The position numbers and the translations under genes were made by a program. Positions 37,667-47,492 of a stretch of DNA of 64,000 nt are shown here, piece by piece; positions within the stretch are counted from its first letter, which is position 1, and each line of letters begins with the position of its first letter. The stretch spans positions 76,315 to 140,314 of IMG/VR virus record IMGVR_UViG_3300027833_003138; one strand, given 5' to 3'. Below the pieces are notes generated by a model that ran no database searches, was not told the origin of the DNA, and saw only the letters and a program-made list of their open reading frames with translations. The stretch comes from a virus.

Positions 37667-38551
37667 TCAACTATTAATTTTATCTATATGATGGCACCAA
37701 TCTTCTTCTGAGTATAGGTTGCTGTATTTTCTATAACTAGATGTCCATATGTGATTAGGTAAATGTTTTATTCTAATTATGTCAAAATGTTTTTTCATTA
37801 ATTCTGTGCAATTACTCTCTTTAATTTTGTCATACTTTTTATTGATAGGGTCCCAGTAGGTTTCTATTACGGCTTTACATAATAATTGTTCTGGGAATCT
37901 TGAGACATTTTTAAACGAGCATAAGGATACAGCTCTCTCGAAAGCCGAGATCATTCGATCTTTCTGTCCAGCTACAATATGATCTGAAGGGTGGAATTTA
38001 TTTTCCCTAGAGAATCTAAAATAAATGTTAGAGGTTATTATTTTAAACCAATTATAATTTTTTGTTTTTTCGTTTTTATTGTTGTGAGTATTGGATTTTA
38101 ACATATGAACTAGAAGGTCTAGGTTTGGGAAGCTCTCATCTGACCTGACCTTTATACAAAAGAAACCTTTTGCGGCTTTAAGCCCATTTAATGTAGTGAA
38201 GTGCTGGTATATCCATGGGGCTTGTGCGCCCGGTTTTTTTTGAAATTTTGGTAAGTCTGAGTATTTATTAATTACTATTTTTATTTTATCTTTATATTTG
38301 TCTAGTTTATTTACTTCGTCTTTATCCCAGCAGCTAACTATAACCTCTCCGTATTTTAAATAACTATCTATAGTATTGATTGATCTATCGTTTATCGGCC
38401 CTTGTATTATTATTGATACAGAGTTTTCTAACTTTTCGAATCTTTTTAGTATTTTTTTTTGTAGGGATAGCTCAAAATTAGCAAAGCTAGATACGTACTT
38501 TAGCTCTTTCCCTGATTTGTCTTTTAATTGGTGCGGGTTCCAGTGATTCAT
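37667..38551 (-). CDS. WavE-like LPS synthesis protein
   Basis: SIIIQGP, EVIVSCW, TTLNGL, IKVRSDE, FHPSDH, PEQ. Confidence 0.6.
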   Translation of the reverse strand: MNHWNPHQLKDKSGKELKYVSSFANFELSLQKKILKRFEKLENSVSIIIQGPINDRSINTIDSYLKYGEVIVSCWDKDEVNKLDKYKDKIKIVINKYSDLPKFQKKPGAQAPWIYQHFTTLNGLKAAKGFFCIKVRSDESFPNLDLLVHMLKSNTHNNKNEKTKNYNWFKIITSNIYFRFSRENKFHPSDHIVAGQKDRMISAFERAVSLCSFKNVSRFPEQLLCKAVIETYWDPINKKYDKIKESNCTELMKKHFDIIRIKHLPNHIWTSSYRKYSNLYSEEDWCHHIDKINS

Positions 38552-38970
38552 TTTAAATAATCAGAACACAGCCCAAAGCAGGGCGGCCCTCCATAGTTTC
38601 TTGCGTCATCCACAACAAGAACACTTTTATTGCTAACTCTCTTTCCTGGATAAGTCCATACAAAGTTCTTAGAAGTTAATGTGAAATCGTCTGATTCATG
38701 CCAAAAATAATTTAACACCTTAAATTCGCTTAATAAATCCATGGCTTCTAGGTTTTTACAATGAATCCATAAGTGTCTAAAATTCTGAATTAGGAATTTC
38801 ATTGGACACGGATTTTCAGGATTGTCGTGACCAAGCCATAGCTGTTCTTTCGCCCAGACATCGATTTCAACGTCAAACCCCGAGTCTAGAGCTTCTTGTA
38901 TGTAGCTTATTGAGTTTTCTCTTTTCTCGTTCGGACCTTCGGTATTGCCTCTATGGGAGATCAGTATCAT
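38548..38970 (-). CDS. PLC-like / glycerophosphodiester phosphodiesterase-fold protein
   Basis: ISHRGN, ENS, DVEIDVW, LGHD, WIHCKN; ATG 38970 chosen as start. Confidence 0.75.
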   Translation of the reverse strand: MILISHRGNTEGPNEKRENSISYIQEALDSGFDVEIDVWAKEQLWLGHDNPENPCPMKFLIQNFRHLWIHCKNLEAMDLLSEFKVLNYFWHESDDFTLTSKNFVWTYPGKRVSNKSVLVVDDARNYGGPPCFGLCSDYLK

Positions 38971-39328
38971 CCGTGAAATATTTATCCCCAATCACTGAGG
39001 GCGTTTTGATTACGCAGGTTATAGTATTATCTTCAAGCGGCATGAAATCTGTAGCCTCGTTTTTTTCTATTAAAATAATATCGTCTTTTTTGTAAATTTC
39101 TCCGTTCATTCTTGCTGAGCCCTGTATTATTATCGATAGCTCCTCAGCCTCTTTGTGGACATGCCTATCTTGGTACTCTCCTTTTTCGTAACTTTTTACG
39201 GAAACTTCAAACTCTTTGGTTTTAAATATAGTGGGCGCAAAATTTCCCGCAACCCAACCTCCTTTGAAGTTGTTTAGATTATATTTTTTCAAGATTTTTA
39301 TTCGTTCGGGTTTGGAGTGTTTGCCCAT
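38951..39328 (-). CDS. Cupin (RmlC-like) protein
   Basis: GGWVAGNF.P, HVHKEAEE, CVIKTPS; the true start may be TTG 39292. Confidence 0.75.
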   Translation of the reverse strand: MGKHSKPERIKILKKYNLNNFKGGWVAGNFAPTIFKTKEFEVSVKSYEKGEYQDRHVHKEAEELSIIIQGSARMNGEIYKKDDIILIEKNEATDFMPLEDNTITCVIKTPSVIGDKYFTDDTDLP

Positions 39329-40719
39329 AGGTCAGGATCCGAATCTTCTCTCCCTTGGTGTTCTAGAAAATACTTTAGGTCCTCTGGAGTTCCTAGTCCC
39401 CACATTTCCGGAATATCAAAGATTTTTATTTTTTTATTATCATTGATTGCTTCATTGTAGACCGGGCAAACGTAAAATTCATTGTTAACCCTTACGTCAT
39501 TTTTTATCATCCGCTCTGCATATTTTACGTAATCCGAGCCTTTAGTCCAATAATAAATTCCTACCGTGGCTTTATCGCTGATTGGTTTCTTCTCTTGAAC
39601 CTCCGAGACGAAACCGTTTTCATCTAGCTTTGCGTAACTCCATTTTGGGTGAGTTGAATAAAAGGTTAATATGCCCCCGTCAATATTATCCCCCACCATC
39701 GAGTACATGAATTCATTACTATCCCATTCTACAAACTGATCTGAGTTTGCAATCAGCAAAGGCTCGTCGTTATCGATAAGGCTTTTGGCTAGTAGGGTTG
39801 TGCAGGCCGCACCTTCTGTTACTCCGTTAACCGTTACTATCTCACAATCGGGAGAGATCATTTCCAGGGTTTCTTTTAAACTGTATTTGTGATAATGTTC
39901 TTCTTGAACTATAAATATATGTTTTGCCTCTATGTTCAAGTTTTCTGTAATTACTTGAATCATTGGTTTTCCCCTCACTTCAATCAAGGGCTTCGGGAAT
40001 GTGAATCCAGCCTTTTGGAAGCGCGAGCCTGCTCCAGCCATTGGTATTAGTACGTTCATTTTTCCCCCTTGCCATTTTTGGTTAATTTTTGAATTTGCAT
40101 TTGCTTTGTCTATAGTATATTGTATTTTTGATAATTCGAGATCTTTTGCGTTTGTGACTCCGCATAAATGCGCGCCAGATAGCATTGCCGCCTTTCTTCC
40201 TATGTGAGAATCCTCCACGATGACACACTCTTTTGGTGCTAAACCAAGATTGATCATAGCCTTTAAGTACATTTCTGGGTTAGGCTTGGAATTTTTCACA
40301 TCTTCGTTTGTTACATAAAATTCCACATACTCAATCAACCCTTTTCTAAGTAGTATCATTTTGGTTGTCTCTCTGATGGAGTTCGAGCAAACACACATCT
40401 TGAATCCCCTGCTTTTTAGGTTTTTAAATATTTTTATTTGTTCAGGGTCAGGTTTTAATTCTGCGTTTATAAAGTCTATGGTAAATTCTTGCTTCCCTTT
40501 CCATACTTCTTTATGCATATCTTCAGGCAGACCTTTAAGCTCCGATAGCTTGTTTAGTTTTTTGGCGGTAGGCAGGCCGTCGTATGTAGATAAATGCTCC
40601 TCTCTTTTTATGGCGAATTTTGGATCCAAAGAACTTAGGGATTTATTTAGGCAGTGGTAATGCATATCTCTAGAGTCAACTAAAACTCCGTCAAGATCAA
40701 ATAGTATCGCCTTAATCAT
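39298..40719 (-). CDS. HAD phosphatase fused to a sugar-phosphate nucleotidyltransferase
   Basis: FDLDGVLVD, KPNPEMY, VEDS; then LIPMAGAGSRF...PKPLI, NSDQ, EFYVCPVYN, LGTPEDL. Confidence 0.9.
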   Translation of the reverse strand: MIKAILFDLDGVLVDSRDMHYHCLNKSLSSLDPKFAIKREEHLSTYDGLPTAKKLNKLSELKGLPEDMHKEVWKGKQEFTIDFINAELKPDPEQIKIFKNLKSRGFKMCVCSNSIRETTKMILLRKGLIEYVEFYVTNEDVKNSKPNPEMYLKAMINLGLAPKECVIVEDSHIGRKAAMLSGAHLCGVTNAKDLELSKIQYTIDKANANSKINQKWQGGKMNVLIPMAGAGSRFQKAGFTFPKPLIEVRGKPMIQVITENLNIEAKHIFIVQEEHYHKYSLKETLEMISPDCEIVTVNGVTEGAACTTLLAKSLIDNDEPLLIANSDQFVEWDSNEFMYSMVGDNIDGGILTFYSTHPKWSYAKLDENGFVSEVQEKKPISDKATVGIYYWTKGSDYVKYAERMIKNDVRVNNEFYVCPVYNEAINDNKKIKIFDIPEMWGLGTPEDLKYFLEHQGREDSDPDLWANTPNPNE

Positions 40720-41532
40720 TTAAACAAGATAGTTCTTTCCCAAGAGCTCTTCTATATCTTTCTCGAAGTAGGGATATGTTATATAGCTTTTAGACAGTGT
40801 TTTGTTTCCGGCCCTGCTTATAGTCTCTGTTGTCCAGGGGTACGGATCGAACCCGTATTTATCAAGTATTAGTTTTAGTGATATAGAGTTATTTATAGTG
40901 TCCGAGTCGCTCCATTGTGTTCCGTCTATTTTTCTGACATCTGGGTCTACAAGGTACTTTCTGGAGCCTGTTTCGTCGTTTTTTAATATTGGGTTTAATA
41001 CCCTGTTGTGCCCAATGTCCTGTATCGATGATCCATCTTTGTTGTACATAACACACCTCCAGAAGAAATCCGCAGCCTGCCTGAATAACCCACAAAACCT
41101 TTCGTCCCATAGTCCGGTTTTAATTATAGATTCCGGTAGATAAGAGTGGAATTGGTCCCCGTGTCCGTTTTGTATGAATGAATATTTTTTATGCAACTCT
41201 ACGCATTTTGAGGCCCAATCTTTTTTGAATATAGAGTCGTCCTGACTGCAAACTACTATATCACAATCAGGATTTTTTAAAGACTTGAATCCACTAATGA
41301 TGGCCTGATTCCAATTTCTCGAAAGGTGTCCGGTGGACCAATCGGGCCTCAGGTCATTGTTCATTACTGAAATTTTATCTTTAAATTCTTCTGGTATTTT
41401 TAGAGTCGTGTGGTTGTTTATCAAAAAAACTTCGAAGTCAAAGTTATTTATATCGCTATTGAATAAAGATGGAAGGGTGGCCCGCAACCTCTTTTCCCCT
41501 AGGTAGGTAACTATAAATATCTTTATCTTCAC
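40720..41532 (-). CDS. GT2-like glycosyltransferase
   Basis: IFIVTY, LSRNWNQAI, SQDD, GLWDERF. Confidence 0.7.
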   Translation of the reverse strand: MKIKIFIVTYLGEKRLRATLPSLFNSDINNFDFEVFLINNHTTLKIPEEFKDKISVMNNDLRPDWSTGHLSRNWNQAIISGFKSLKNPDCDIVVCSQDDSIFKKDWASKCVELHKKYSFIQNGHGDQFHSYLPESIIKTGLWDERFCGLFRQAADFFWRCVMYNKDGSSIQDIGHNRVLNPILKNDETGSRKYLVDPDVRKIDGTQWSDSDTINNSISLKLILDKYGFDPYPWTTETISRAGNKTLSKSYITYPYFEKDIEELLGKNYLV

Positions 41533-41535
41533 AGG

Positions 41536-42201
41536 TTAGCCGTTTCTTAGTTCATGTATCTCAAAATCTTCTGGAAGTTCATGCGTCTTTATGTGCCACC
41601 AGTCAACGGGGAATCCAAAGTCGGAGTATTCTTCCGGAATACCTGGGTGTTCATCTAGGCATGAGTCAAAAAAGAACGAGTCAGGCTTCTTTCCTGTATG
41701 TCTCCATATATTAAACATGAATGTGTTCACTGCAGAAACCACTCCGATATGTTCGTAGTCATGCCCCGCTATGACTCCTCCTTTTTTGATTTTTGGGTAA
41801 ATAGCTTTAATTTCTTTCAGTAAATGATTAAATTCGTGGCTTGAGTCTAGGTAAACAAAGTCTAGCGGCTCATCTATCTCCTTGAGCTTATCGATAGAGT
41901 TTCCTTTCATAAACTCAACATTGTCTCTGTTTATTAGTGAGGTTCCAGGCTCTCTTGGGGGGTGGTTGACGTCAATTAGGTAAAGCTTACTTATATCTAG
42001 GTTTGTGTATATATTCTGAGAGTTCAGGCAACTTCCAATCCCCGACTCAACTCCAACCAGGTCTTTTTTTCCTTTTAGCGTCTCCATTGAGGGTCGCAAT
42101 TTGGTTAGGGTTTTATTTTCTTCCCATTTCCTGCTTGCTAGATATTTATTTACATCGTACCAGTTTCTTTGCAGATCTTCGCTTCCGTATGATTTGTTCA
42201 T
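41536..42201 (-). CDS. Class I SAM-dependent methyltransferase (Methyltransf_24-like)
   Basis: GVESGIG, YLID, DFVYLDSSHEF, KKGGVIAGHDY. Confidence 0.85.
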   Translation of the reverse strand: MNKSYGSEDLQRNWYDVNKYLASRKWEENKTLTKLRPSMETLKGKKDLVGVESGIGSCLNSQNIYTNLDISKLYLIDVNHPPREPGTSLINRDNVEFMKGNSIDKLKEIDEPLDFVYLDSSHEFNHLLKEIKAIYPKIKKGGVIAGHDYEHIGVVSAVNTFMFNIWRHTGKKPDSFFFDSCLDEHPGIPEEYSDFGFPVDWWHIKTHELPEDFEIHELRNG

Positions 42202-42224
42202 ACTGGATAGTATTTTTTAATTTA

Positions 42225-43115
42225 TTATTTTCTATTTAATATGAATTTTTCAAATAGTATTTTGTCACAATTTTCTATATTTACATATTGGTCCCAGAAG
42301 TTTATTGCGTTGTTCCTTATTTCCTTGTAGTTGTCATCGTCAATAGAGAGAAGCTCCACTGGGTCTACAGTTCTTCTAACACACATAGAGTCCCAGCTGA
42401 CCTCGTCCTGAAATGGGTAATCATTCATGCCTGAAACTATAGGAACTGTTCCCGACATCATTGATTGATAGAGCCTAAATGAACTACTTCCCGCCCCTCT
42501 AGGGGCAAACGAAAACTTAGAAGCAGATAATCTTTTGCAGAAATTTTTATTTAATTTTATTCTTTCTTCTTTATCTTTTATATGCCAGATAGGTTTTGTT
42601 TTCTCTTTGTCGAACTTTGGTAGGTTGTAGTTGAGTATTTTATCTCTGCTTGCATATCCTGTTTGACCTGCAAAGCAGAAATTGTTTACTTTTTTAGAAG
42701 CTCTGCATTCTTTTATAAAAAAGATATCTTTAATCATTTCATGTTCGAAATGCCTCATGGTTAAGGGTATTGGTATTATTTTTCTGGCGGAATTTTCTGC
42801 GGAGCCCATTAATGGTTGACATATGAATTTAGTAGAAATATTATCTTTATAGGCGAAGCTTGGGTTGTCGTGCATCGCTAGGCAAAAACATTTGTCTCCG
42901 TACTTTTTGTATAAATCTGTATTTGATAGTCTACCGAAGTCTCTGTCGCATTCTAGGTAGTCTAGATATAATAATATAGCATCTGCTTCGTTATGTTTTT
43001 CTGTATAATCTATCCGATGTAAATTGTGAGAGAATGGCCTTCCTAGTATTGGGTCCCGGAGGGTCTCTTCGTTTCCGTTGATTACCGATACTTTTATTCT
43101 AGAATTCATATCCAT
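42225..43115 (-). CDS. Exostosin-family (GT47) glycosyltransferase
   Basis: FCFAG, SKFSFAPRGAGSSSFRLYQSMMSGTVPIV, PF...SW. Confidence 0.85.
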   Translation of the reverse strand: MDMNSRIKVSVINGNEETLRDPILGRPFSHNLHRIDYTEKHNEADAILLYLDYLECDRDFGRLSNTDLYKKYGDKCFCLAMHDNPSFAYKDNISTKFICQPLMGSAENSARKIIPIPLTMRHFEHEMIKDIFFIKECRASKKVNNFCFAGQTGYASRDKILNYNLPKFDKEKTKPIWHIKDKEERIKLNKNFCKRLSASKFSFAPRGAGSSSFRLYQSMMSGTVPIVSGMNDYPFQDEVSWDSMCVRRTVDPVELLSIDDDNYKEIRNNAINFWDQYVNIENCDKILFEKFILNRK

Positions 43116-43641
43116 ATAGCTCTATATCTCTTGCGAAAGATTTCCTGACTATGTCTCTAGTCTCGTTGTCGTAATAATCTCTATAATTTTTTTTATCCCT
43201 ATCTCTTGATCTTGATTTTTTATTGGGGTCAACCTTGATGCCGCAAATATCCCGAAGGGAATTTAACCCTTTTTCTCTATTTTCGAATTTGATAATTAAG
43301 TCCATTTCTTCATCGGCATAATCAGAGCACTGAAACCCGTGCTCCCAGGGGGCGGGTCTATAATGTTTCAAGAAAAATAACAAACTTTTTCCAGTTCTTA
43401 TTCCGTAAGCTTCGTGGAAAACTTGGTGATAAAAAGATATAACTCTATCCCAGGGGTTCCTGACTATTGTAAACTTAAAATAATCATCCCATTCTTTATT
43501 TAGGTGCTGCTTTATTTGGCTTGCCCTTAGGTGTTTTTGGTGATCTGGCACTAATTGGTCTTTTAGTATTTCATTCTCGATCGATGTCCCGCTAGTTCTG
43601 GGGGCATGAATGAATATTATTTTTTGTTCACTTAAAATCAT
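43099..43641 (-). CDS. Sulfotransferase family 2 protein
   Basis: FIHAPRTSGTSI (5'-PSB loop), FTIVRNPWDRVISFY (3'-PB), DIELYGYEF. Confidence 0.9.
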   Translation of the reverse strand: MILSEQKIIFIHAPRTSGTSIENEILKDQLVPDHQKHLRASQIKQHLNKEWDDYFKFTIVRNPWDRVISFYHQVFHEAYGIRTGKSLLFFLKHYRPAPWEHGFQCSDYADEEMDLIIKFENREKGLNSLRDICGIKVDPNKKSRSRDRDKKNYRDYYDNETRDIVRKSFARDIELYGYEF

Positions 43642-44323
43642 TTTTAAGTCTCATCCTAAAATTGGCTTCATCGTTTGCGGCGAATGTGTCGTTTTTTTCG
43701 TCAAGGCAATCTCTTGAATTATTATTGTCTTTATGAGACCAGTGTTTGTGCCTTATTATGATCTTGTCTATGTATTGACATTTATTTAGTTTTTGTGAAA
43801 CTTTAGTAAATTCATTGTCGCAATAAAGGGTTATATAGGAAGGGTGATATATATATCCGAATCTGTCATAATATTTCTTTCCTAAGATACAGAGTGTGTT
43901 TAGGTTTTGCCCTTGGTAGCCATCATTATACCAAAGAACTCCATCTGTATTTGGAAAGAATTTTTTCATATCATCAACTATTGTAGAATCATAACCAATG
44001 AGCTCTGGATGCATGTCGTCGCTTGCGAGTAGGCATACGTCAAAATCTTGATCTTTGGCTCCTGAATTTATTGCGCATATTTTTGTTGTGAAATTGCTAA
44101 TTAGGTTATTTTTTACTATCCTATTTTCATTAAATATAATACTTACGTTTGGGAAGGAGTTTATTAAATCGATGGTTGTTTTTTGATTCATTGATCTATC
44201 ATCCTTATCACAGCTGATCACAAACCTAGTTTCTTTATGTGTCGATAGGTTTATATATGACTTTAATACCTCTATGCATTTATTTAATCTATTTCTAGTG
44301 GGTAATACTATTAATAATTTCAT
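43628..44323 (-). CDS. GT2-like glycosyltransferase
   Basis: VLPTRNR, CDKDD, AIN, LASDDM, YCDNE, HKHW. Confidence 0.75.
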   Translation of the reverse strand: MKLLIVLPTRNRLNKCIEVLKSYINLSTHKETRFVISCDKDDRSMNQKTTIDLINSFPNVSIIFNENRIVKNNLISNFTTKICAINSGAKDQDFDVCLLASDDMHPELIGYDSTIVDDMKKFFPNTDGVLWYNDGYQGQNLNTLCILGKKYYDRFGYIYHPSYITLYCDNEFTKVSQKLNKCQYIDKIIIRHKHWSHKDNNNSRDCLDEKNDTFAANDEANFRMRLKNDFK

Positions 44324-45279
44324 TATAATAAATTGTTTAAAAAATTATTTAATTTAAAATTTTGTTCTTCGTTGTTTATTATCTCTCTTATTTTTTTAGA
44401 GCAATTAAATTGAACTTCATTTCTGAACTCTTTATTTGATAGAAGGAAGTTTAACTGGGATATGTAATCTCCTAAGTCTCTAAATGTAAAGGCGGTTATT
44501 CCCAACTTGAGCCACTGTAGGTAACTCTTTCCTTCTGTCAGGGGCTCCCAGAAGAAAACGGGCCTACCTTTTGCCATGCTTTCTATAACTGCGAAGCCAT
44601 AACCCTCTAACCTCTTAATGTGTAGGGTTGCACAACTTTTATTCATTATGTCGGACGTTTCTGCTTTTGTCTTATCTTCACATAATATATAGTTTGCTAC
44701 AGTTGATTTTGTTATTTTGTTATAACATTCAAAATCTTCGGGGAAATTATTTTTATAATCGCATATATAAGTACCTATAATGTCTGAATCGCTAGACCCT
44801 TCGTATGAAAACATATCATAATCTATCCAGGGTCTATAATGAAAGTAATGTTTATTATTTTTTTCACAAAGCTTTGCGGCAAGTTGATCTGCGGGCATAT
44901 AGTTTTGTATTATATCCCAAGGGTATGCGGTGTCCCAATAATCGTTCCCGCTGTAGAACGCTAATTTAGCACCCCACTTTTTGGCCTCTGGCCATAATAC
45001 ATTTAAAACTTCAAATTGATTTTCGAATGCGGTCACGAAGATAACCTCTGGCTTTATGTCAAATATTTCCTCCTTACTTGCGTAGATTGTATTTTTTGCG
45101 AAGCCGTACTTTTGTGTGGACTCTTTAGTGTGGGATTCGTTCCATGCCCAGCGTTGAGGTGGAAATTCTGATATTCTGTAATCTTTTGATGGCACTACTA
45201 GCTGGTGTCCAAGACTCTCAACACTTAAGCTTAAATTTTTAGTTAAAGTTATATGTATGTCTGGAAAGAATATTTTCAT
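44323..45279 (-). CDS. GT-B (GT4-like) glycosyltransferase
   Basis: EGYGFAVIESMAKGRPV; start ATG 45279 is coupled to the upstream stop. Confidence 0.75.
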   Translation of the reverse strand: MKIFFPDIHITLTKNLSLSVESLGHQLVVPSKDYRISEFPPQRWAWNESHTKESTQKYGFAKNTIYASKEEIFDIKPEVIFVTAFENQFEVLNVLWPEAKKWGAKLAFYSGNDYWDTAYPWDIIQNYMPADQLAAKLCEKNNKHYFHYRPWIDYDMFSYEGSSDSDIIGTYICDYKNNFPEDFECYNKITKSTVANYILCEDKTKAETSDIMNKSCATLHIKRLEGYGFAVIESMAKGRPVFFWEPLTEGKSYLQWLKLGITAFTFRDLGDYISQLNFLLSNKEFRNEVQFNCSKKIREIINNEEQNFKLNNFLNNLL

Positions 45280-46067
45280 TAAGCTATTGTAGATATATGT
45301 CCCCTGTTTCTCCATTTTTTGCCATCTTTACATAGGATCGTTTTTATATTACCAAAGGAATTTGTACCTGTCAGTTGTTTATATTTACATTGTTGTATGT
45401 TCAGGCACGTTGTTATTACGGACTCGGGGACTTTAATCATGTATTCTGGGTACCCACTCTCCCACATAGTTTGTATAGATGTGGTCACGCTAGACAGGCA
45501 GTTGGCATATTTGCTCATTTGGTCTGGGCTTCCTACTGCTAATTGGTCATTAACTTGATTTGGTAGCGAAGCTTTTTCATGCACAAAACTAAAGCTAAAT
45601 TCATTTTTCATTTCTTTTTCATGATCATAAATATTGTCACTTTCGAATAACGGCAATCTAATGTGTTTGTTTTTTAAGCAATCTTTTATTTCGTGAGTTT
45701 TTATTTGCTCTAGTACTTGTATGTCCGGCCTTAGCCTTATAACTAAGTCATAATTAATTTTTTTCAACGAAGCGTAATTGTGAAACATCGTGTTTGAGGC
45801 CTTTACCCCTACCAGCATCGGAATTAGTCCGGGGCCTGGCTCGCAGGGTAAGTTCTTTGTTGGATCCAATAGCTTCATTGTTTTCTCAAAATTAAGTATT
45901 TCCCGTTTTACAGGGTTGTAATAATTAGCAAAGTCGTAAGACGGTTGGTCTTCCCAGGTTGTAAGGAAGATATCTGGCCTTAATGGCCAGATTATGTTTT
46001 TTGTAATTGACTCCACGCAATGCTTCCAGTCTCCGAGTTTGCCGCTAAATAATAATGCTGTTCTCAT
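45279..46067 (-). CDS. Putative glycosyltransferase-like protein
   Basis: ALLFSG, DIFLTTW, YDLVIRLRPD, NDQLAVG, PE; a pattern seen in polysaccharide loci. Confidence 0.5.
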   Translation of the reverse strand: MRTALLFSGKLGDWKHCVESITKNIIWPLRPDIFLTTWEDQPSYDFANYYNPVKREILNFEKTMKLLDPTKNLPCEPGPGLIPMLVGVKASNTMFHNYASLKKINYDLVIRLRPDIQVLEQIKTHEIKDCLKNKHIRLPLFESDNIYDHEKEMKNEFSFSFVHEKASLPNQVNDQLAVGSPDQMSKYANCLSSVTTSIQTMWESGYPEYMIKVPESVITTCLNIQQCKYKQLTGTNSFGNIKTILCKDGKKWRNRGHISTIA

Positions 46068-47014
46068 TCTGTGATATACTCTGTTATGTCTCTCTGCGCT
46101 ACAAGCTGCTCTATATTATCCAACAGGAAGGGGTAGAGCTTGTACGCCGGATTCCTTAATGTGTTTTTTATTATTCTAGACGCGCTTTTTATGTCATAAT
46201 GCAATGGGAATACAAACTTTTCGTTAAATAACCAACGTATAAGATAAGAATATTGTACGGTTCCGTATTGCTCGCAATATTTTGAAAAGGTGAACGTGGG
46301 CTTTCCTAGGTGGTAGGGTATATATCTAACCCCAGAATCAATACCAAAGAAAGCTATACATTTACTTGATGCGTAAAATATTTCCTCAAGAGATAGAGAG
46401 AGAAAAGATATGTTTTCTAAGTTTTCGTTCATCAGTTTTGAGTATTTGTGCTCCGACTTTTCGTCGTAAAGTATTACTAGGTGAAAGTCTTGTATTATGT
46501 TTTTTATTAATTTATTTATATACCAATCTTCCATGTTAGAGTCAGCACCGTCCCTGGCATATAGATGTGCAAGCACAAATTTGTCAGGGAGCTCTACTCC
46601 GGTTTTTGGTTGAACCTGTGGCGCGGGGAAAAAATTAAAATTCTTGAACCAGTCGTACTCATGATTTAGCCATTCCAGTGAGTCTATATGAAGATCGTAA
46701 AACTTGTCATAAGAGGATTCCATCCTTGCTCTAATCTCATCTGGGACATTATTTATATTTCCGGGATGAAGTTCTTCGGGAAAATTAGAACATTTGATTT
46801 TGAATTTATTGTATTTTTTGTCCTTAATAATAAATGTGTTTTCAAAATGAGACGGCCACATGGCGTTTAGTATATTTGATTGGGCTCTGTTTCCTTCTGT
46901 ATCTGAAAAAAGATCTATAGTACAATCTGGGTGAAGCTGTTTTATTGCAGGTATAAACCTGTTTGCTGCAAAATGGTCGCCCAAACCCCCTTCCATCCTT
47001 ACGGAAACTCTCAC
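46064..47014 (-). CDS. GT9-like glycosyltransferase
   Basis: GGLGD..A...IPAIKQLHPD, FVLAH, FFGIDSG..YI...LGKPT. Confidence 0.65.
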   Translation of the reverse strand: MRVSVRMEGGLGDHFAANRFIPAIKQLHPDCTIDLFSDTEGNRAQSNILNAMWPSHFENTFIIKDKKYNKFKIKCSNFPEELHPGNINNVPDEIRARMESSYDKFYDLHIDSLEWLNHEYDWFKNFNFFPAPQVQPKTGVELPDKFVLAHLYARDGADSNMEDWYINKLIKNIIQDFHLVILYDEKSEHKYSKLMNENLENISFLSLSLEEIFYASSKCIAFFGIDSGVRYIPYHLGKPTFTFSKYCEQYGTVQYSYLIRWLFNEKFVFPLHYDIKSASRIIKNTLRNPAYKLYPFLLDNIEQLVAQRDITEYITE

Positions 47015-47319
47015 GACACCCTCCCGTTTACTAGAACCTTGCCCTCTATCACAAATGTTTTTAGCTGGGTTAACATCTTGTTTGCAGTCTTTCTTCTTTT
47101 TATGTGGTTGTTTGTGGAAAGCCTCTTCATGCTTGCCGATATCTTGCCGTAGGACATGCCCCCTAGGTCTTCTGCTATTTTGTTATTGGAAAAGAATATA
47201 GGTTTGCCGTGCCCCCCTTTCGTCAATAAATAGCTGTATACTACTAAATCGTTTCCTATTAATCTTCCACTAATCACATCTTCTTGTATTACCATTGGTA
47301 TCTGTATAAATTTTCTCAT
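47011..47319 (-). CDS. Winged-helix DNA-binding protein (replication-initiator N-terminal / regulator-like)
   Basis: LVVYSYL, FFSNNKIAEDLGGMS..KISASMKRL...HI. Start reassigned to ATG 47319 because the ORF-track TTG is the -35 box. Confidence 0.65.
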   Translation of the reverse strand: MRKFIQIPMVIQEDVISGRLIGNDLVVYSYLLTKGGHGKPIFFSNNKIAEDLGGMSYGKISASMKRLSTNNHIKRRKTANKMLTQLKTFVIEGKVLVNGRVS

Positions 47320-47326
47320 GCCGACA

Positions 47327-47355
47327 ATAGTACCATACGATTTGTTTTTCGTCAA
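47327..47355 (-). promoter_or_regulatory. Sigma70-type promoter giving a leaderless mRNA
   Basis: TTGACG-N17-TACTAT, then 7 nt, then ATG 47319. Confidence 0.75.
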
Positions 47356-47457
47356 GTAGAATTCATAAAAATCAATTCTAGTAGTTCAAAAAATTGAACG
47401 ATGTTAATAGTATAGAGTTCCTTACTATATTTTTTATTAATATATAAATATAAGATA

Positions 47458-47486
47458 TTGACATTATTGAGTTTTGATGATATACT
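47458..47486 (+). promoter_or_regulatory. Sigma70-type promoter giving a leaderless mRNA
   Basis: TTGACA-N17-TATACT, then 6 nt, then ATG 47493. Confidence 0.85.
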
Positions 47487-47492
47487 GTTCTC

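Noticed and set aside
37625-37670. Possible sigma70 promoter TTGAGA-N16-TAGTAT before the Whirly-like gene
   Set aside because: A weak match with suboptimal spacing in AT-rich DNA.
33972-47014. Bacterial LPS/capsule locus implying a host chromosome or prophage boundary
   Set aside because: No wzx/wzy/ABC exporter or housekeeping genes; contiguous with phage genes on both sides; no integrase or att site seen.
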